Source: Podarcis filfolensis (taxonomy: Eukaryota). Taken from it: a stretch of DNA of 64,000 nt. The stretch is taken from NCBI GenBank assembly GCA_964270895.1, contig OZ185443.1; one strand, written 5' to 3'. Each line of letters begins with the position of its first letter. Positions within the stretch are counted from its first letter, which is position 1. This document shows, piece after piece, positions 1-14,185 of the stretch. Under the pieces are notes generated by a model. That model saw nothing but the letters and a program-made list of their open reading frames with translations, ran no database searches and was not told the DNA's origin. A program made the position numbers and the translations under genes.

Positions 1-3000
1 ACAGGGTGTGCTTCAGTGCTTAACTAGATTAAAGCACAAAAAACCCAGTAAATGTATATGGAAAGGGGAGGGAGCTTAACAACAGCTCTAGAAAGGCGAA
101 GAAAGGAGTTTAACTCCAGATCTCTGTACATAATCAACTTGTCTTTTGAAAACACATCTATTTTTGAGAATATACTATGTTATTATGATAACCGTGCTGT
201 AACTAAATACAAAGTATTGGCTCTCCACAATGTACAAAATACCTGCCAAGTATTAGACTATATATATAGCGGAGGTATTAATTTACAACCATGAATAAAT
301 AGTTCACAACTGTTTTCAAACCCTGTAATGCTTTTATATGTCACAAGAACATGAGAATGAAAAAAGTAACAGGAACTGATTGTTTTCATAATTGCCTTCT
401 AGTTTGCAGACTGTATCTGCTAAAACGCTAACAGGAATTAGCCATTAAAAGGACACTGGACTAGCAAGGCCAAGAGTAATTAGGCATCTTGCAGACCACA
501 TCTAACTCATCAAGGCATTTTCTCTTGGCCCCCACTCTCCACAGCAGGGGGGGGGGATTAGCTTTGAGGATTTGGAGACAACAGAGTTCAGTTGCAAGTT
601 TGGATATGCAGCATAATTTCGCTATGTGCAAAAAGGATGACTTCAGGTTTCAATCCTAAGTACATACCCTGGGAAATAACCTAATGAGACATACTCCTTC
701 TCCACATCATTTGTTCAGCATCCAACCACTTTTTCTCTCAGTGCCCAGGTGATTTTGCTGCTTGAAGCAGAGCTCCAAATGGCAACCCCCACAGCCAAGA
801 TAAACTTTCAAAAGTTCACACATCACTTTCTACCTTCACCTGTTCCCTAAATTTTATCACACATAGCAGACTGTTTCTTCTCATGTCCTCATTTTCTTCC
901 AATTTATCTGATTTCTCCCCTACTTCTAGATGTTTTGAAGCTTACTGTGGAAAATGCAGAGAAAGCATGAGGGTGTTTTATCTGCTGGAGTTACATGGTC
1001 ACATAGTGGTCATGATCTCCTCTCCAGAAACCATCACGCTTGTGCATTTGTACTAAGCCAAGGTCTGGATTAGCATTACATGTAAATCAATTTGCAGAAC
1101 TCACTTCAATGGACACAATTCAGACAAAGCTAAGCTCATTTAAGCTGTATTAAAGTCAGTGGGAAAGCTTTAAAATATGTGATCAACTCTCACACTGTAA
1201 ATATGGGACTGAAAAGTTCTTCACTTTGGTCAGATGAAATCATGCAAGGGGGGTGAAAATACCATTTTCAGCTGAGGTCAAGCCACTCTGGTTGTTTTAC
1301 TGTAAAGTAAAACTTTACTGCAAGTATCTAAACACACAAACCAGATCACAATATATATTTTTTGCCGTACAATTGTCAAACTTCAGAGCTTGCAGTGTTT
1401 CTCCTTACTGTGATTTATGGTTATGTTAGAAGCTTTTCAGTCTTGTGACATATAACCTTGACATTTTATCTATAATACATTTCCTATTCACTATGAAACT
1501 CCCTACAATAAATGTTTAATATAAAGAGGAAGAGCTCATTTGTAGCAATGCTCCCAAGAGGGCAATTGCAACATAGAATGGTTACAATGTTAGAAGGGTA
1601 AAAGAAAGTGCTACAAACTTCATAGATGTGAATATATTCAAGCTTCCCTGGAAAAACTTACGTACTAAGCTGCCATGAACAATTAAATATAGCACAGAAC
1701 TGTATTCCCTTGCAATTAAACTTTTCCTGCGTATGTGTATGGCACTTAAAACACGTTCATTTTTTTAAAAAAATAAATAAATAAATCCAAGGTTGCTTTT
1801 ATATGTCAGGCATTGTTTCTGTTGGGCTTTTTGCCACTATTGTGTGTAAGTAGACCTTGTTGTTCAACAGATATTATCATGCAGCCATTTCAAATCAGGT
1901 TTCTAAAAGTCACCTCAATTCAGATTAATGTTCACCTCTGAATAAACCCCAAACAGACCCAGATGCATGCATGTAACATAACCTCATGTGTTACAGACTG
2001 GCTGCCAGAAGAATCCAAACTCACCACATTGGCTGAATATCTTCCTCCTTTGTATAGAAGCACAAAGCTTTGCATCTCACTGTATGTGCATGGCACTATA
2101 TTTGGATCTCACTGACTTACCAACAGCATGGTAATCCAGAAGGCAAAACGATGGAGGCACAGCACTTAGAGGTCATCAACCATGGGAAGATATGGAATTT
2201 GAAAAACTTTAACGCTGGTCACTTAAGGTCTCTCTCTGGGTTCACATCATGAAATATTTGGTGATCTCTGTATATAGTGTGCTGGAGTACGATACCAGTG
2301 CTAACACCATAACAATAGCACACACCTAAAGGTTAATCATTCTGTTACAAAGAAAGCTTCTATTCCTGCCACCCCAACACAACTGTTCCAGACCTTCCTC
2401 AGCATGTTGCTGCAGCCAAGGCATTGAGTTTCCACATGGGCAACTTCGGCACAATTCCCCACTTGAAGAAGCTCACACTGGGCAAATAGGTCTGTCAGCC
2501 TAACTGATCCCAAAGTGCTGTTGCAAAGATAAAAAGCATATCTCTGCTCTAAGCTCCTTATATGAAGAATCGAATGCAATTTTAATCTATAATTTATTTA
2601 TTTTAAAAAAAAAACACCAGTTTAGCATCATCAAAAAAGAAAGCAAAAATAGGGCTATGTACTGATTAGCATCACCAAGGTGCAGAATAGAGTGAGCTGC
2701 CCACGACATGTCACCATCCTTTTCCTGCTTACTAGAGGAACAAACTGCATTCATTCATTTCTGTGAGACAGTAAAGTGCTGAATGTCTGGAAGCTTTTGC
2801 GACGAGAACAAAACTTGACCTCTTCTCAACACTGGGCTCCCCAACTTCCAACGAAAAGGACACCTCAATGGGCAGGGAGCACAGAAGCCCAATGGATTGC
2901 AAGCCTGCATTCCTCATCTGTCAAAATGGCAGGCATTTTGCTTGCAACTAAAATATGAGAGTAAAGCCTGAATTCTACATGGCAGACATATACTGGAGGT

Positions 3001-3616
3001 CACAGTGTGGCCCTGAATCGATGCCATGGGTGACTCTCCATAAATACCACTTGGGGAATTATGCTGACAAAAGCAAAGGATGGCAGGGTTTCAGTACCTG
3101 CCACATTGCGTAGGAGAGGGGAATTCAACTTCTGTCAGTTTGATATGACAAACTGCACCAGCCAAAGCACCCTTTACACAATTGTTAGAGCTACAGAAGC
3201 CCTGTTCTCTTTCACCTCCAGTTTCCCCACTGGTAGGTCAAACACAAGGTCATATATGTTTCATAAGCTGGGTGTATTGCCGGCCTCATTCCTAAAGGTT
3301 CTGTAAATATTGTAAACATTCAGTTAGTGGAAAAAATTATGAGTAACAAAATTAAATAAAAATGGGAATCTGTCCAAGGAACTGACTTTCTGCATAAAGT
3401 AAATAGTTCTATTTATAACACTCAGAATGCATGGCTATTTTTGCTGGTTCTCTGGACTGTGCATGAGTATGCTTAATGTCGGCTTTCAAAATCATATAAT
3501 CTATTGATTATTTTTAAAAATCAGATGTAACATATAAAATAAACTGTGTGCTAATATTCCAAACACACATTAGCTTCCTTTATAAAACAAATTAATTTAA
3601 AAGAATGTTTCATTAA

Positions 3617-3875
3617 AGAAGAAAAGAGGAGGAAGAAGAAGAGTTTGGATTTGATCTCCCGCTTTATCACTACCCGAAGGAGTCTCAAAGCGGCTAACAA
3701 TCTCCTTTCCCTTCCTCCCCCACAACAAACACTCTGTGAAGTGAGTGGGGCTGAGAGACTTCAGAGAAGTGTGACTGGCCCAAGGTCACCCAGCAGCTGC
3801 ATGTGGAGGAGAGGGGAAGCGAACCCGGTTCACCAGATTACGAGTCCACCGCTCTCAACCACTACACCTCACTGG
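3617..3875 (-). mobile_element. tRNA-derived, L2-tailed SINE (Squam3-like), near full length
   Basis: Reverse complement has A box (GTAGTGGTTGAGAGC), B box (GGTTCGCTTCCC), a MIR-like core (GTGACCTTGGGCCAGTCAC) and a (CTT)n tail. Family name from memory. Confidence 0.8.
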
Positions 3876-3919
3876 AAACCATATTTATAACTCTTCTGTA
3901 ATAATAGTAATCAGTCTGC

Positions 3920-5087
3920 AAACATGGTGAATATAGGAAGAGCCTGGTGATGAAGCCAATGGCCCATCTGGCCCAGCACCCTGTTCCTGCTGTGGTCAAC
4001 CAGAAGCCAATGAGAAGTGCAAAACCAGGGCCTGAGTGCAACTGCACTTTCTCCACCAGTGGTTCCTAGCAACTGGTTTTCAGAAGCACACTACCTCCAA
4101 CAGTTGAGGTAGAAGCTCGCCGTTGTGTATAATAGGCATTGGTAGCCTTAATTATCCATGAATTTGTCTAATCTTTTAGAGCCATTAAGCTGATGTCCAT
4201 CACTACCTCTTGTAGGAGTGTATTCTATAGTTTTATACATATTGCATGAAGAAGTACTTTCTTTAATCTGCCCTGACTCTTCTAACATTCAGCTTTATTG
4301 GATGTCCCCAGGTTCTAGAGTTATGAGAGATAAAAAACTTCTCTGTCCACTTGCTCCACCATGCATATATATTCTTTCATGACTCATCTTACACTCCTTT
4401 TCTCTAAATTAACCCCCCCCCCAAATGATGCTGCCTTTCCTCACAGGGAAGTTGCTCTATTCCCTTGCTCATTTTTGTTGCTATTTCCCAACACTGCCAA
4501 GATCCTTTCTGAGGTGAAGCAACCAGTATTCCAAGTGCAATCACACCAAAAATTTGTATAATGGCGTCATGATACTGGCATTTTATTTTCAATCCCTTTC
4601 TTCATGATTCTGAGCATGCAATTTGCCTTTTTCACACCTGCCTCACACTAGGTTGACATTTTTATTGAGCTCTTCACTATGACCCAACGTCTCATTCCTG
4701 GTGCAACACCACCAAATTTTCATGAGCATTGAAAATTTAGCTCTCTCTCTCTTTTTTTTTTTTTGTCCCAGTGTGCAGCACTTTAAACTTGCTTACACTC
4801 AGTCAGAAGAATCTTTTTGAAGCTCTTCACAACCCCTTTTGGTTTAATCCACCCTAAGCAAATTTTCTACCTCACTGCTCACCCCTAACTCTAAATCATT
4901 TATGAACAAGTCCCAGTATCCACTCTTGGGTGACACCACTTTCTACAATAATTTTCCAACTGGAAAACTGTCCATTTATTTCTACTCTCTGCTTCCTATT
5001 TCTTAACCAATTACTGAGCTAAAAGATAGCTCAGCAGTTGTGGAATAAGAGGAAAGGCTAACTCAGGAAATCTTTGGTAAGGTACTT

Positions 5088-5152
<65 letters not shown>

Positions 5153-5900
5153 TTTGAAAGTCTAAGCAGATGGTGTGAAGTGGATCACTTCTATCTATAT
5201 GCTGGTTGACAGTATCAAAGAACTCAAATAGGTTACCAAGAAATGACTTCAGCAAGACTTGTTCTTCTATATGTTTGAGAGTTTTATCTTTGTTAATACA
5301 GTACTTTTCAGCAGTTTTCCTGAAAGAGGCATTAATTGGCCTGTAATTTCTGAGGTCCCTTCTAGTTTTCAGGTATAGAGGCTGATCTTAGGAACAAGCT
5401 ACAATTTTTTGTTAGAAGATCAGCAATTTCACATTTGACTTCTTTAAGAACTCCTGGGTAGATACCATCTGGACCCAGCAGTTTGTCTGTTTTGTCTTTT
5501 AAGGCCTATAATTTCCATCTATTGTAACCATTATTTGCCTCAGTCCCTTAGACTCTCTTCCCCTGAAAGTCATCTTCCAGTGTGAAGACAGAGGCATGCA
5601 AGAATCCATTCAACTTCTTGCAATCTACTTACATTTCTTCAGCTAACTTTCGATTCCATATCATCCCAAGATGGAACTGTTTTCCTAGTCAGTCTACTGC
5701 TACTAAAGCAAGTAAAGATTTCTTGTTTCTGTGGTCTTTGTTTTAGCAACGTGCTCCTCAATTTTTAGTTTATATTCCCTTATTGTCTACTTGCATTTCT
5801 TTTGCCAAACTTTGTGTTCCTTTTTGTTCTCCTCATTTGGAAAAGATTTCCATTTTCTAAAGGAAGCCTTCTTGCCACATTGTGTATTTTATCTATTTCA
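3920..5900 (-). mobile_element. Decayed CR1 LINE, 3' part of ORF2 plus 3'UTR
   Basis: Minus-strand NLFEFFDTVNQHIDRSDPLHTICLDFQKA...KVPYQR matches the CR1 RT motif NLLEFFE..V..VD..YLDFQKAFDKVPH. Many stops and frameshifts. Boundaries approximate. Confidence 0.8.
5089..5148 (+). repeat. Compound microsatellite (GT)11(GA)19
   Basis: Read directly from the sequence. Confidence 0.97.
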
Positions 5901-7214
5901 ATATCAGAAAAATGCAAAGTGACACTTGGAAAAAATTCATCCAACAAAACACACAGGTTCATAGCAAGGCTTTGTGTTGAATATTTATTTTAATTCTTGG
6001 TGATTGAAAACATTCAACCAATGTAGCAAAGCTGTTTCCCTACACCAATATCTTATGATAGTGTATAACATGTAGGGAATTGTGTAATTTTTTTTATTAA
6101 GGAGCGGGCGAAGGTGTTGAACAATGATATAAAACGTTCACAGTTTACCATGATTAAAGAATGAATTACCATGCCTGAACCAAAACAAACATGTTTTTAA
6201 AAAAGTTTCTTTTAATGTGCTAAAAGGAAGTTTTGAGAGGCTGCTGGTAGGTAAACCTTTCAATCTCATGCACCCCTTTCTGGGCAAGAGTGTTTTCATC
6301 CCAAATTTCATTGAACCAACTGTCCTGATTCAGAGTTTCATAAATACTGCTATGAACAAGAGACCTGCTATGTATATATAGGTTATCTCAAACTGCTATT
6401 GCTGTATACTGTTTTGGGATTTCTAGTTAAAAGATGCATATAAATTATATGAAATGAATAAATCAAGTGATAGGGATGGAAAAATATTCACCTTGTTAGC
6501 TACGTGCTTTAAAATCTAGTAATGCTACCTAAGAATTTATTTGTACAGTTTCTATTCCTGTATAAATTCCCAAGTATTGAATGCAAACTCTTTAAAAATA
6601 TATACTGTATATCCAGTGGTGGGAAAATAGGGGGAGGGGATCCTGATCTGTGGGAGTGTCAACTCTATGAATCCATCAATTCCTTCTTTGCCCATGATAA
6701 ACTGCAAGAACTGGATAGTTGGCAAAATATCCCCAATTAATATGCTCATGGGTAAGACTGATTAGACAGATAAATGTAAAGTTTAACACCTTAACCCTAA
6801 CAGATGCTCACTAGTAGCTAATTAAGTCAAGCAAGAGCAGCTCTCTGCAGCCTGTACAAGTTAAAAGCTAGACAGCCATTTAGTACATGGCTTGTAGCCC
6901 CATGGAGAGTTCTCTTACAGTGAAAATACAGGAGGTTGCCAAACTGTGGATATTTATAGCAGGTTTCTTGTGCTACAGGATCACGTCAGGTGCAGCAAGC
7001 AAATAAAGCTCAGCTGCTTAAAAGCACTCTTTGTTACAGACATCCAGAAGCAGAATGGGGTCAACAAGTACTTCTAAAATGTGAGTGAATTTGATGCTTC
7101 TAGGGCAGTGTGACCCATCCAGAACGGGCAACCCAACCTCTTCAAAACTGCATGTTAATATAATGCTGAATACATTAATATTACTTAATGGAAGCTATCA
7201 GCAACTGTATGTTC

Positions 7215-7400
7215 TCTGGTTCAGTTTTCATCTGATCATAGCTTCCAGGTACTGGCTTAGAACTACCAATACTGCTTCTGGATCAAGACAGCAACCAAAA
7301 TACTTGGTGTCATCAGCATACTGATACCACATTCCGAATTTCTGAATGATCTCTCCCACCTGCTTCATATCAGTGTTAAAGAACAATAATAGTAGTGATG
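7215..7400 (-). mobile_element. L2 LINE reverse-transcriptase remnant
   Basis: Minus strand reads FNTDMKQVGEIIQKFGMWYQYADDTKY; the YADD motif lies at 7307-7320. Confidence 0.75.
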
Positions 7401-7628
7401 CCGCATAGGATACATCACCTGTCGTGAAAAAGTAGAGACCTTAAATGCAGTCCTTCCAAAGTCCAACTCAGCTATTTAAATTCCATGTACCAACACGGAG
7501 TGAAAGAGGACTATTTCCCCTGCCCTTGCTGTTAGTTTTTACACATGGTGATTCTACAAAGAATTTTGAACCTCTGAACATGGTTCAGAAAGAACCCAAT
7601 GACTGATGGTATCAACTGAGCTCTTTAA

Positions 7629-7712
7629 GACTGCAATCCTATACACACTTACCTGTAAGTCTCACTGAAATCAATGGTGCTTAGCTCTGAATAGACATAC
7701 ATAGGGTTGCAG
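7629..7712. repeat. Short (about 85 bp) imperfect-hairpin interspersed repeat with TGCAATCCTAT...ATAGGGTTGCA ends
   Basis: Inverted ends visible directly. Related decayed copies near 650, 17900, 24860, 39610, 49115 and 56700. Probably a non-autonomous DNA transposon. Confidence 0.55.
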
Positions 7713-10455
7713 TGCATATCTTTAAATGTTTAAAGTTTAAATATTTAAAATATTAAAAGTTTAAAAATGGAATTAACCACATTAATTTAATCAATCTTTT
7801 ATTGCTGAGGAATCAGAAAATGTGGCTCTTTTGTTTCACCCTAGCAACTTTTCTAGTCATTATGAACTTGACGGATTAGTTTATATATCTGTTTAGTAAA
7901 AATAATTACAAGTCAAGGAAGACCACAAGTAATATTTTTTTACCAAAGAGCAAAAACATGTATTATATTGAGCCTAGATATACATTTTCATCTTTTATAG
8001 CTAACTGCTACAATGAAATGCAATTTAAATCTACTTTCTTTCTGCCATAGAGAAGAAATGAATTGTTCTATTGATGTATTCTGGATGGATTATTCATAGC
8101 CATTAAAACTGCATTTAAGTTGGGCACAAAGTAAAAGACTACAGGCAAAAATCCTACTCACTCTCCCAGTGCTGGGGAGTAGTAAATGGAGCAGTTTTTT
8201 AAAATTCAGCTGAAACACAGTGACTTCTATAGTCCCACCAAAAATACCCCTTTGTAGATGAGAATTGTAACAATATTATAAATATCAGAAAATGGATAGT
8301 TTTTGTATCTTTTTAGTATCCTTTAGTATCTTTGAATTATCAAATATGCAAGATGCCTGTCACAAGAAAAGGGAGCTTCTCCCCATGCAAATAAATTGCA
8401 AATGCAGGGAGCCCAATCCAGATTTGGACAACAGTGCGGGCCTGAAAGCTAAAGCTTCCAACTAACCGTGTGAGGGTTCTGATACAAATTCCTCCCCATG
8501 TGTTTGCTGTTTACTATAAGAAAGCCATTCACACAACTGAGTGGAAGAGCAAACTTTCACTTGTGTAATGCGACTTCTCCTACCTCTGCAGCCAAACCCT
8601 CCCCTAACCCTCTGGAGAAGATTGCAGGGGATACACAGGCAGGAATCCATTCCACCAACAATGTCTGCTCCATTGGTTGATAAACACTGTTGTATTTCCT
8701 CCATAGTTCTGAGATTGCTACAGCATACAGATGAGTATAGTCAAGTAAATAGGAATTGGATATGCTGTTACACTTCTGTCAATTTCTGTGTGCTTCTAAA
8801 ACGTTTGAGACACCTCATGTAAGAAAGTTCTCAAGCCTTCACACAAACCCCCAAATGCACATCTTACTGCAGAGCATCACCGTGTCAACTACATATTGCT
8901 GAGGTTTGTACAAAACACAGTTAGTTGTGTTAGCAAGTCTTGGAAAATCTAAACACAGAACTCTTTTGCATTTTCAACAGAAGCAAAATGTTTCCTATGT
9001 ATAGAAGCCTAAACCTACAGACTATTACAGCTGGGCAAATTTCCCCAAATTCCTAAAGGCTAAATAAGCTAGTCTCAACTGGTGCCAAGTAAGCAGCATG
9101 CACTATTCTGCAACTTTAGGCTAAAAATAACAGATACTGGTACCAAATAGGCAACAGCCCTAGAATCTACATGGAGTCAGGGCCATTCCTGAGTATGATG
9201 AGTTTAGGACTACCAAAGTATTAGGTCTACTCATGTTCAAATAACACATGCAAGGGACGCATGCTCTGCCCCCCCCCCAAAAAAAATTCCATCTACTTCA
9301 CTCCCAACATTCACATGATGATTTTGAACATGCTTAGAATCCTCCTTCACATCCTTGTGCATTCAGAAGTGGAGCTACCAACAGGATTAAATGTATTTGA
9401 CAGGACTGGTGCATGCAGCCCTGTTCTCCTTTCATGTGTTCTTTGAATACATGCAGACCAATCATCTGAATAGGACTTTCAGATAGTTGTATCCAACTAA
9501 GTTCTACATAGAGTAGACACACTGAAATTAATGGATCTAAGTTAGTCACTTCCTGGTTTAACTATATTTTAAGTTGTCTGACACATAAACGTAGCAGGGG
9601 AAGGAACATGTGAAGATAGCTTACTGAAAAAAGCTAGTTAGGACAAGATGGGATCTCTTTGCTGGCCATGTTTCATGGTCAAAAAGAGCAGAGTACCAAA
9701 TCAAACGAAACCTTCAGGGATTCTGTTATGAAACTCAACCCTGGATGCTACTGCTCTAGCCAAACCTGATTGCTATGTCTCCGCTATTTCCAGCCTTCCT
9801 TTCTGAGAATGTTTCTTGGCAGAATGGTTGTTCTGTGGTTTCACACATCTGGATTTAATCTGTTTTCTGGACCTTTGCTTGCATGCCTTTGATCTTGATG
9901 TGACACTTCTTGACTATGGCTAACTACGTCCAGCTAGAAAATTCTAGGAGAAATTCTAGCCTTTGATCCAGCTACATCCTGATGCAGTGAGATCAGGTGG
10001 ACTATAAATATGAAGATATAAATAAATGCATTTTTGTCATGAACTTCCATATACAACACTTCAAAGACAGAGATACACTGATATTCCTTCTTTTAAAAAT
10101 ATGATTTTACATCATGGAAAAGGTTTGAGGGGGGTGGCAATCAAGTGGTGTATAATTTTTTTATGAATAAGAGAAATAAAAATTTATTTGCAGCAAGATC
10201 AAGTCTAGAAGAAGCCATCAGAGTTCTTAATTACAGGATGTGTTCAGGTAGAAGAGAAGGAACAAAGAATGAATCTGGAGAATACTGAAGTTATTCCTGG
10301 CCTGGAATTCCATACAGAGACAGCCATCTTGGTAATGGGATCCTATTGCTAGTAAATCAGATGTGCTTTTGGACTCCATATGCACAAGTAATGGCACTAT
10401 CAAGACCAAATGACTTTCTAGCTCTTGAGGACAATGGGCCAGAGAACCTCTAGAC

Positions 10456-10641
10456 CAGGAGTTGTCAACCTGGTCCCTACCACCCACTAGTGGGTGTTTC
10501 AGGATTCTAGGTGGGTGGTAGGGGGTATTACAGCACAAGCTGAAACCTCCTTCTATCAAGCACTGGTGGGTGGTAAGGAAATTTTACCATCAAGAAAGAT
10601 GCATTAGTGGGCAGTAGGTATAAAAAGGTTGACTACCCCTG
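10456..10641. mobile_element. hAT-Charlie MITE (186 bp)
   Basis: TIRs CAGGAGTTGTCAACCT / AGGTTGACTACCCCTG. Perfect 8-bp TSD CTCTAGAC (10448-10455 and 10642-10649), fitting the Charlie NTCTAGAN target. Confidence 0.92.
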
Positions 10642-12555
10642 CTCTAGACTGTGACTTGACTTTTGAGTCCTGAATATTTAATTGTGCATGAAGAATCATT
10701 TCTATTTTGTGGGGTTTCTCCCATCACTAAATGGAAATTTGAGAGAGACCATTAAGGCTAAGAGGCAGTGGAGTGAGAGTACAAATTAAATTTACTAATT
10801 GATAAAAACTAACTAAGCTGCAACTTGGCTACAGACATTCAATATGAAATAAAATTTGGTATCATCATCTGGTGTGTGTGTGTGTGTATCCATCTATCTG
10901 TGTGCATACAGGGCTAAAATTATTGATTTATTGTAATTTCTAGGTAAGTAACTCTGGTACCATGATGTAAGCCCTAACTGAGGGTAAAGCAGACAGTCAT
11001 GTTGGACTTCTGGGGGGACGGGGACCCTGAAACAAACAGTCAGTTTGAACATGATGTATAAGGAGTGGCTATTATAGGGTTTTTTATGTTTTATATCTCC
11101 CTTGGGGGGGATTCTTTGTTAGTGTCAATATTGTGTATGTTCTTGTGGTTGGTCATGTCTGAAGCCTGAAAACTGCATTATTTTGTGAATTTTAATGAAA
11201 TTTAGGCTACACATCTACCTGGAAGAAAGCCCCACTGAATTAATGTTACTTTGGAGAAAACATACATAGGATTGTATTGTTATTTCTTATGCTAATGACA
11301 GACTTAACCAGTTGAAAATATTATCATATTATCAACTGTAATGACTACATTCAGCTATAGCCAAATGGACATCTCTATGCATTCCCTCCAAGAATTAAGG
11401 TAGCATAATTCAAATCTAATTTATACCAGGCTTAGCTCAAATTTAGTTAAGAAAATTCAAGTATATATCACAAACATGTCAGTTCTTGGCAGGAATTAAA
11501 GCCACACACACTACTTCATTACCATTACAATTCACATCAGGAAACGGAGAGTACAAGAGTTAGAGACTACATATTAGAAATATACAGCATAGTTCACTTA
11601 CTGTAGGGGGGGGGATAATCTCTCAAAGGTGCTTACTCAGCACACTGCTCACAGCTACCAGAATACATAGGTGTTATGCTATCACAAGAGAAATAATTTG
11701 CCTTGTCTGCCAAAGTGACATGTGGGAAAGAGGGCCACAGTAAATAGTATATAAATGCTATTAAATATAATAAATACAGTGTGTTTCTTTTGCTCTTGTC
11801 CAGCCTCCTGCACAATCTGGCAAAATCCTTCCATCTTCTCTCCATAATTCTTTCTCTTTCACCTCACCCTCAGTGACAATTTTTGATCGATTGTAACTGT
11901 GCTTTATGAAGGAGGGTGGGAGCAGTCTGACTTTAGGAAGCAAGATTCCCAACTTGATCACCATGCAAATCATGGGCAAGCTTAGTAGAATCAGGGAAGC
12001 ATGTGATGGAGCAGCATCCACCTATTCTTTCCCCTCTTCTGAAGAACCTCTGTAAGTAGAAGCTATCATTTGGTGGAACTGAAACAGGTGGACATGAGGC
12101 TGCACACACATGGTTTATTCTAGACTCAGGGGAGACTGAGTGCTTGTTTTTCCTACATAGTCCACACACAGTCTTGCATAGTTTGCCCCTGAAATGCACT
12201 TACTGAGAAATGAGTTTCGCTCTGAAAATAAAAGCTCACTGCAGATTGCCCCACAGTGTGTCCCTTTGAAAACAAATTAAGGCAATGGGTATCAGCACTG
12301 GGAGATGGGCCAAAGGCATTTTTGGTGGGCAAAAACCAAGATGTTGTGGGTGGACCTATCCCAAGACTGCAATCACCAGTTCCTTCTTCATTTACCGGGG
12401 GTATGTGTAAGGAAGAAAAGGCATGGATAATCTAATCAAGGGGAGTGTTATAAAATGTGTATCAAGTAACCACATTACCCTTGTGGCTCTAGCTCAATTT
12501 TGATTGAAAGCAGCGCATTCCGAGGATCAGAATGATTTCATACTGAGAAGAACTA

Positions 12556-12745
12556 CAGTCGTACCTCCGCTTACATATCCCTCTGGATACGTAAACTTCG
12601 GGATGCGAATGCGGCAAACCCAGAAGTATTTTTCTGGGTTTTGCAGCGCACATGCGCAGAAGCAACCCTCCAGTTGCGAATTCCTCAGGATGCGATGTGA
12701 CAGAACCTCCGGAATGGATCCCGTTCGCAACCAGAGGTACCACTG
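12556..12745. mobile_element. Tc1/mariner-pogo (Tigger-like) MITE
   Basis: TA|CAGTCGTACCTC ... GAGGTACCACTG|TA: terminal inverted repeats with a TA TSD. Confidence 0.88.
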
Positions 12746-13264
12746 TACATTTTTGTGCTACAAATGTTAGTATGTATGGAACTAGATAGAGTAGATTTGA
12801 GAGAGGGTGTATCAGTTAAGTTCTTCTCTTTGACACACTTTCCCTGCATGATATTTAAAGTAAGCTGATATTTTTGTAAAGCAAGGTTGGCCCCCTGGAC
12901 TGACAGTACTCTAGTGGCTGACTGGTGTTAGACATGCATTCTGCACATGACCAGAGGCACTGATTAAATACAAAATGGTGATTCTGAGAAGCTAGATGCA
13001 TCTGTGTGTGAATTCAAGATTACGTGTTCATTTATAAAACTATTTTTGTATCACTGTTCATTAAAGAATTCAGAGCAGTTTATAACAACTTTAAATAAAA
13101 CCATACAATAAATATCATGTAAAAAATTAAATTCAGAAATCAACTAACGATGGTGGGAAAATGTATTCTTAATTGTCTGCATGAGGCTGATGGAATAAAA
13201 AAGTTGTCAGTATCTGGAACAGGTAACTTGCTGGACATACCCATCGAAAGAGCCTCTATCTTTG

Positions 13265-13420
13265 CAGAATTCAAGCAGGTTATTGGCCCTCATTCATTCC
13301 ACCATTGCGTTTAGACACCAACCCAGAGCTTTCACAGCCTCTGAGTCAGATGTTATGGAGATGTAGAGCTGTATGCCATCAGCATACTGATGGCAATGTG
13401 CTCCAAAATTCCATATTTGT
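13265..13420 (-). mobile_element. L2 LINE reverse-transcriptase remnant
   Basis: Minus strand reads FGAHCHQYADGIQLYISI...WCLNAMVE*MRANNL, a decayed form of L2 HQYADDTQLY...WMRANKL. Confidence 0.75.
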
Positions 13421-14089
13421 TCACTGTTTCAGTATATGCTTCTGAATGATGTCAAAGAGGTGTTTTTGTTTTAAATTCAGTAATGGGGAAATGAAGATCA
13501 TTCTTGGGAATTAATACAGAGAACAAATCTGTAAGGCTGTGCAGATAGCATAATGTATATAGCAGAAGAATACCTCTTCACCCTTATATATGCATAGCAA
13601 ACTCACACTTTCAATTACTCATCTCACATTTAAAAGCCCTTTTCAATTTCTGTGAACTGTGCATCCTACATTGAAGGGAATGTGGATTTGATTGAAAAGC
13701 ATCCTCTTATACGCTTATATTGTATTGGTGCTAATCTTCAACACTCACAAAACATGTGTGAAATAAGAGAGGTTGCTGAGGAATAATTTACAGGCCAGTT
13801 CTATGAAGAGCCCACAGTAAGCTAATAATCACGATCAGAACCAACTCAAACATCATTAAGCTTTCAGATTCTCCCAAACTCTTTTTTGTGTGCATATTAA
13901 ACAATGGAAGCCCCTCTTTTTTAAACACACGCATACGGCTCCCCATTTTGCTTTTAAAAACTTCAAGAAGAGTTCCAGAGACCCTGCAATCCTTGTGTTT
14001 ATGACCTTTCCTGTGTTTTTGATAAGTAAGGTATGAGTTTACTGTGACTTTCCAAGGCATATTTTCCTTCTCAGCTGTAAATGAGATGG

Positions 14090-14185
14090 ATGGCCATCTG
14101 TCATGGATACTTTAGCTGAGATTCCTGCATTGCACGGGGTTGGACTGGACGACCCTGGGGGTCCCTTCCAACTCTACGATTCTGC
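14090..14185 (+). mobile_element. CR1 3' terminal fragment
   Basis: GATTCCTGCATTGCACGGGGTTGGACTGGACGACCCTGGGGGTCCCTTCCAACTCTACGATTCT is a typical CR1 3' end. Similar tails at about 27830-27900, 38455-38520 and 43105-43170. Confidence 0.75.

Noticed and set aside
11633-12199. Cluster of minus-strand ORFs with donor-like GTAAG sites in GUCY1B1 intron 2
   Set aside because: No recognisable homology and no consistent acceptor/donor pair or phase.
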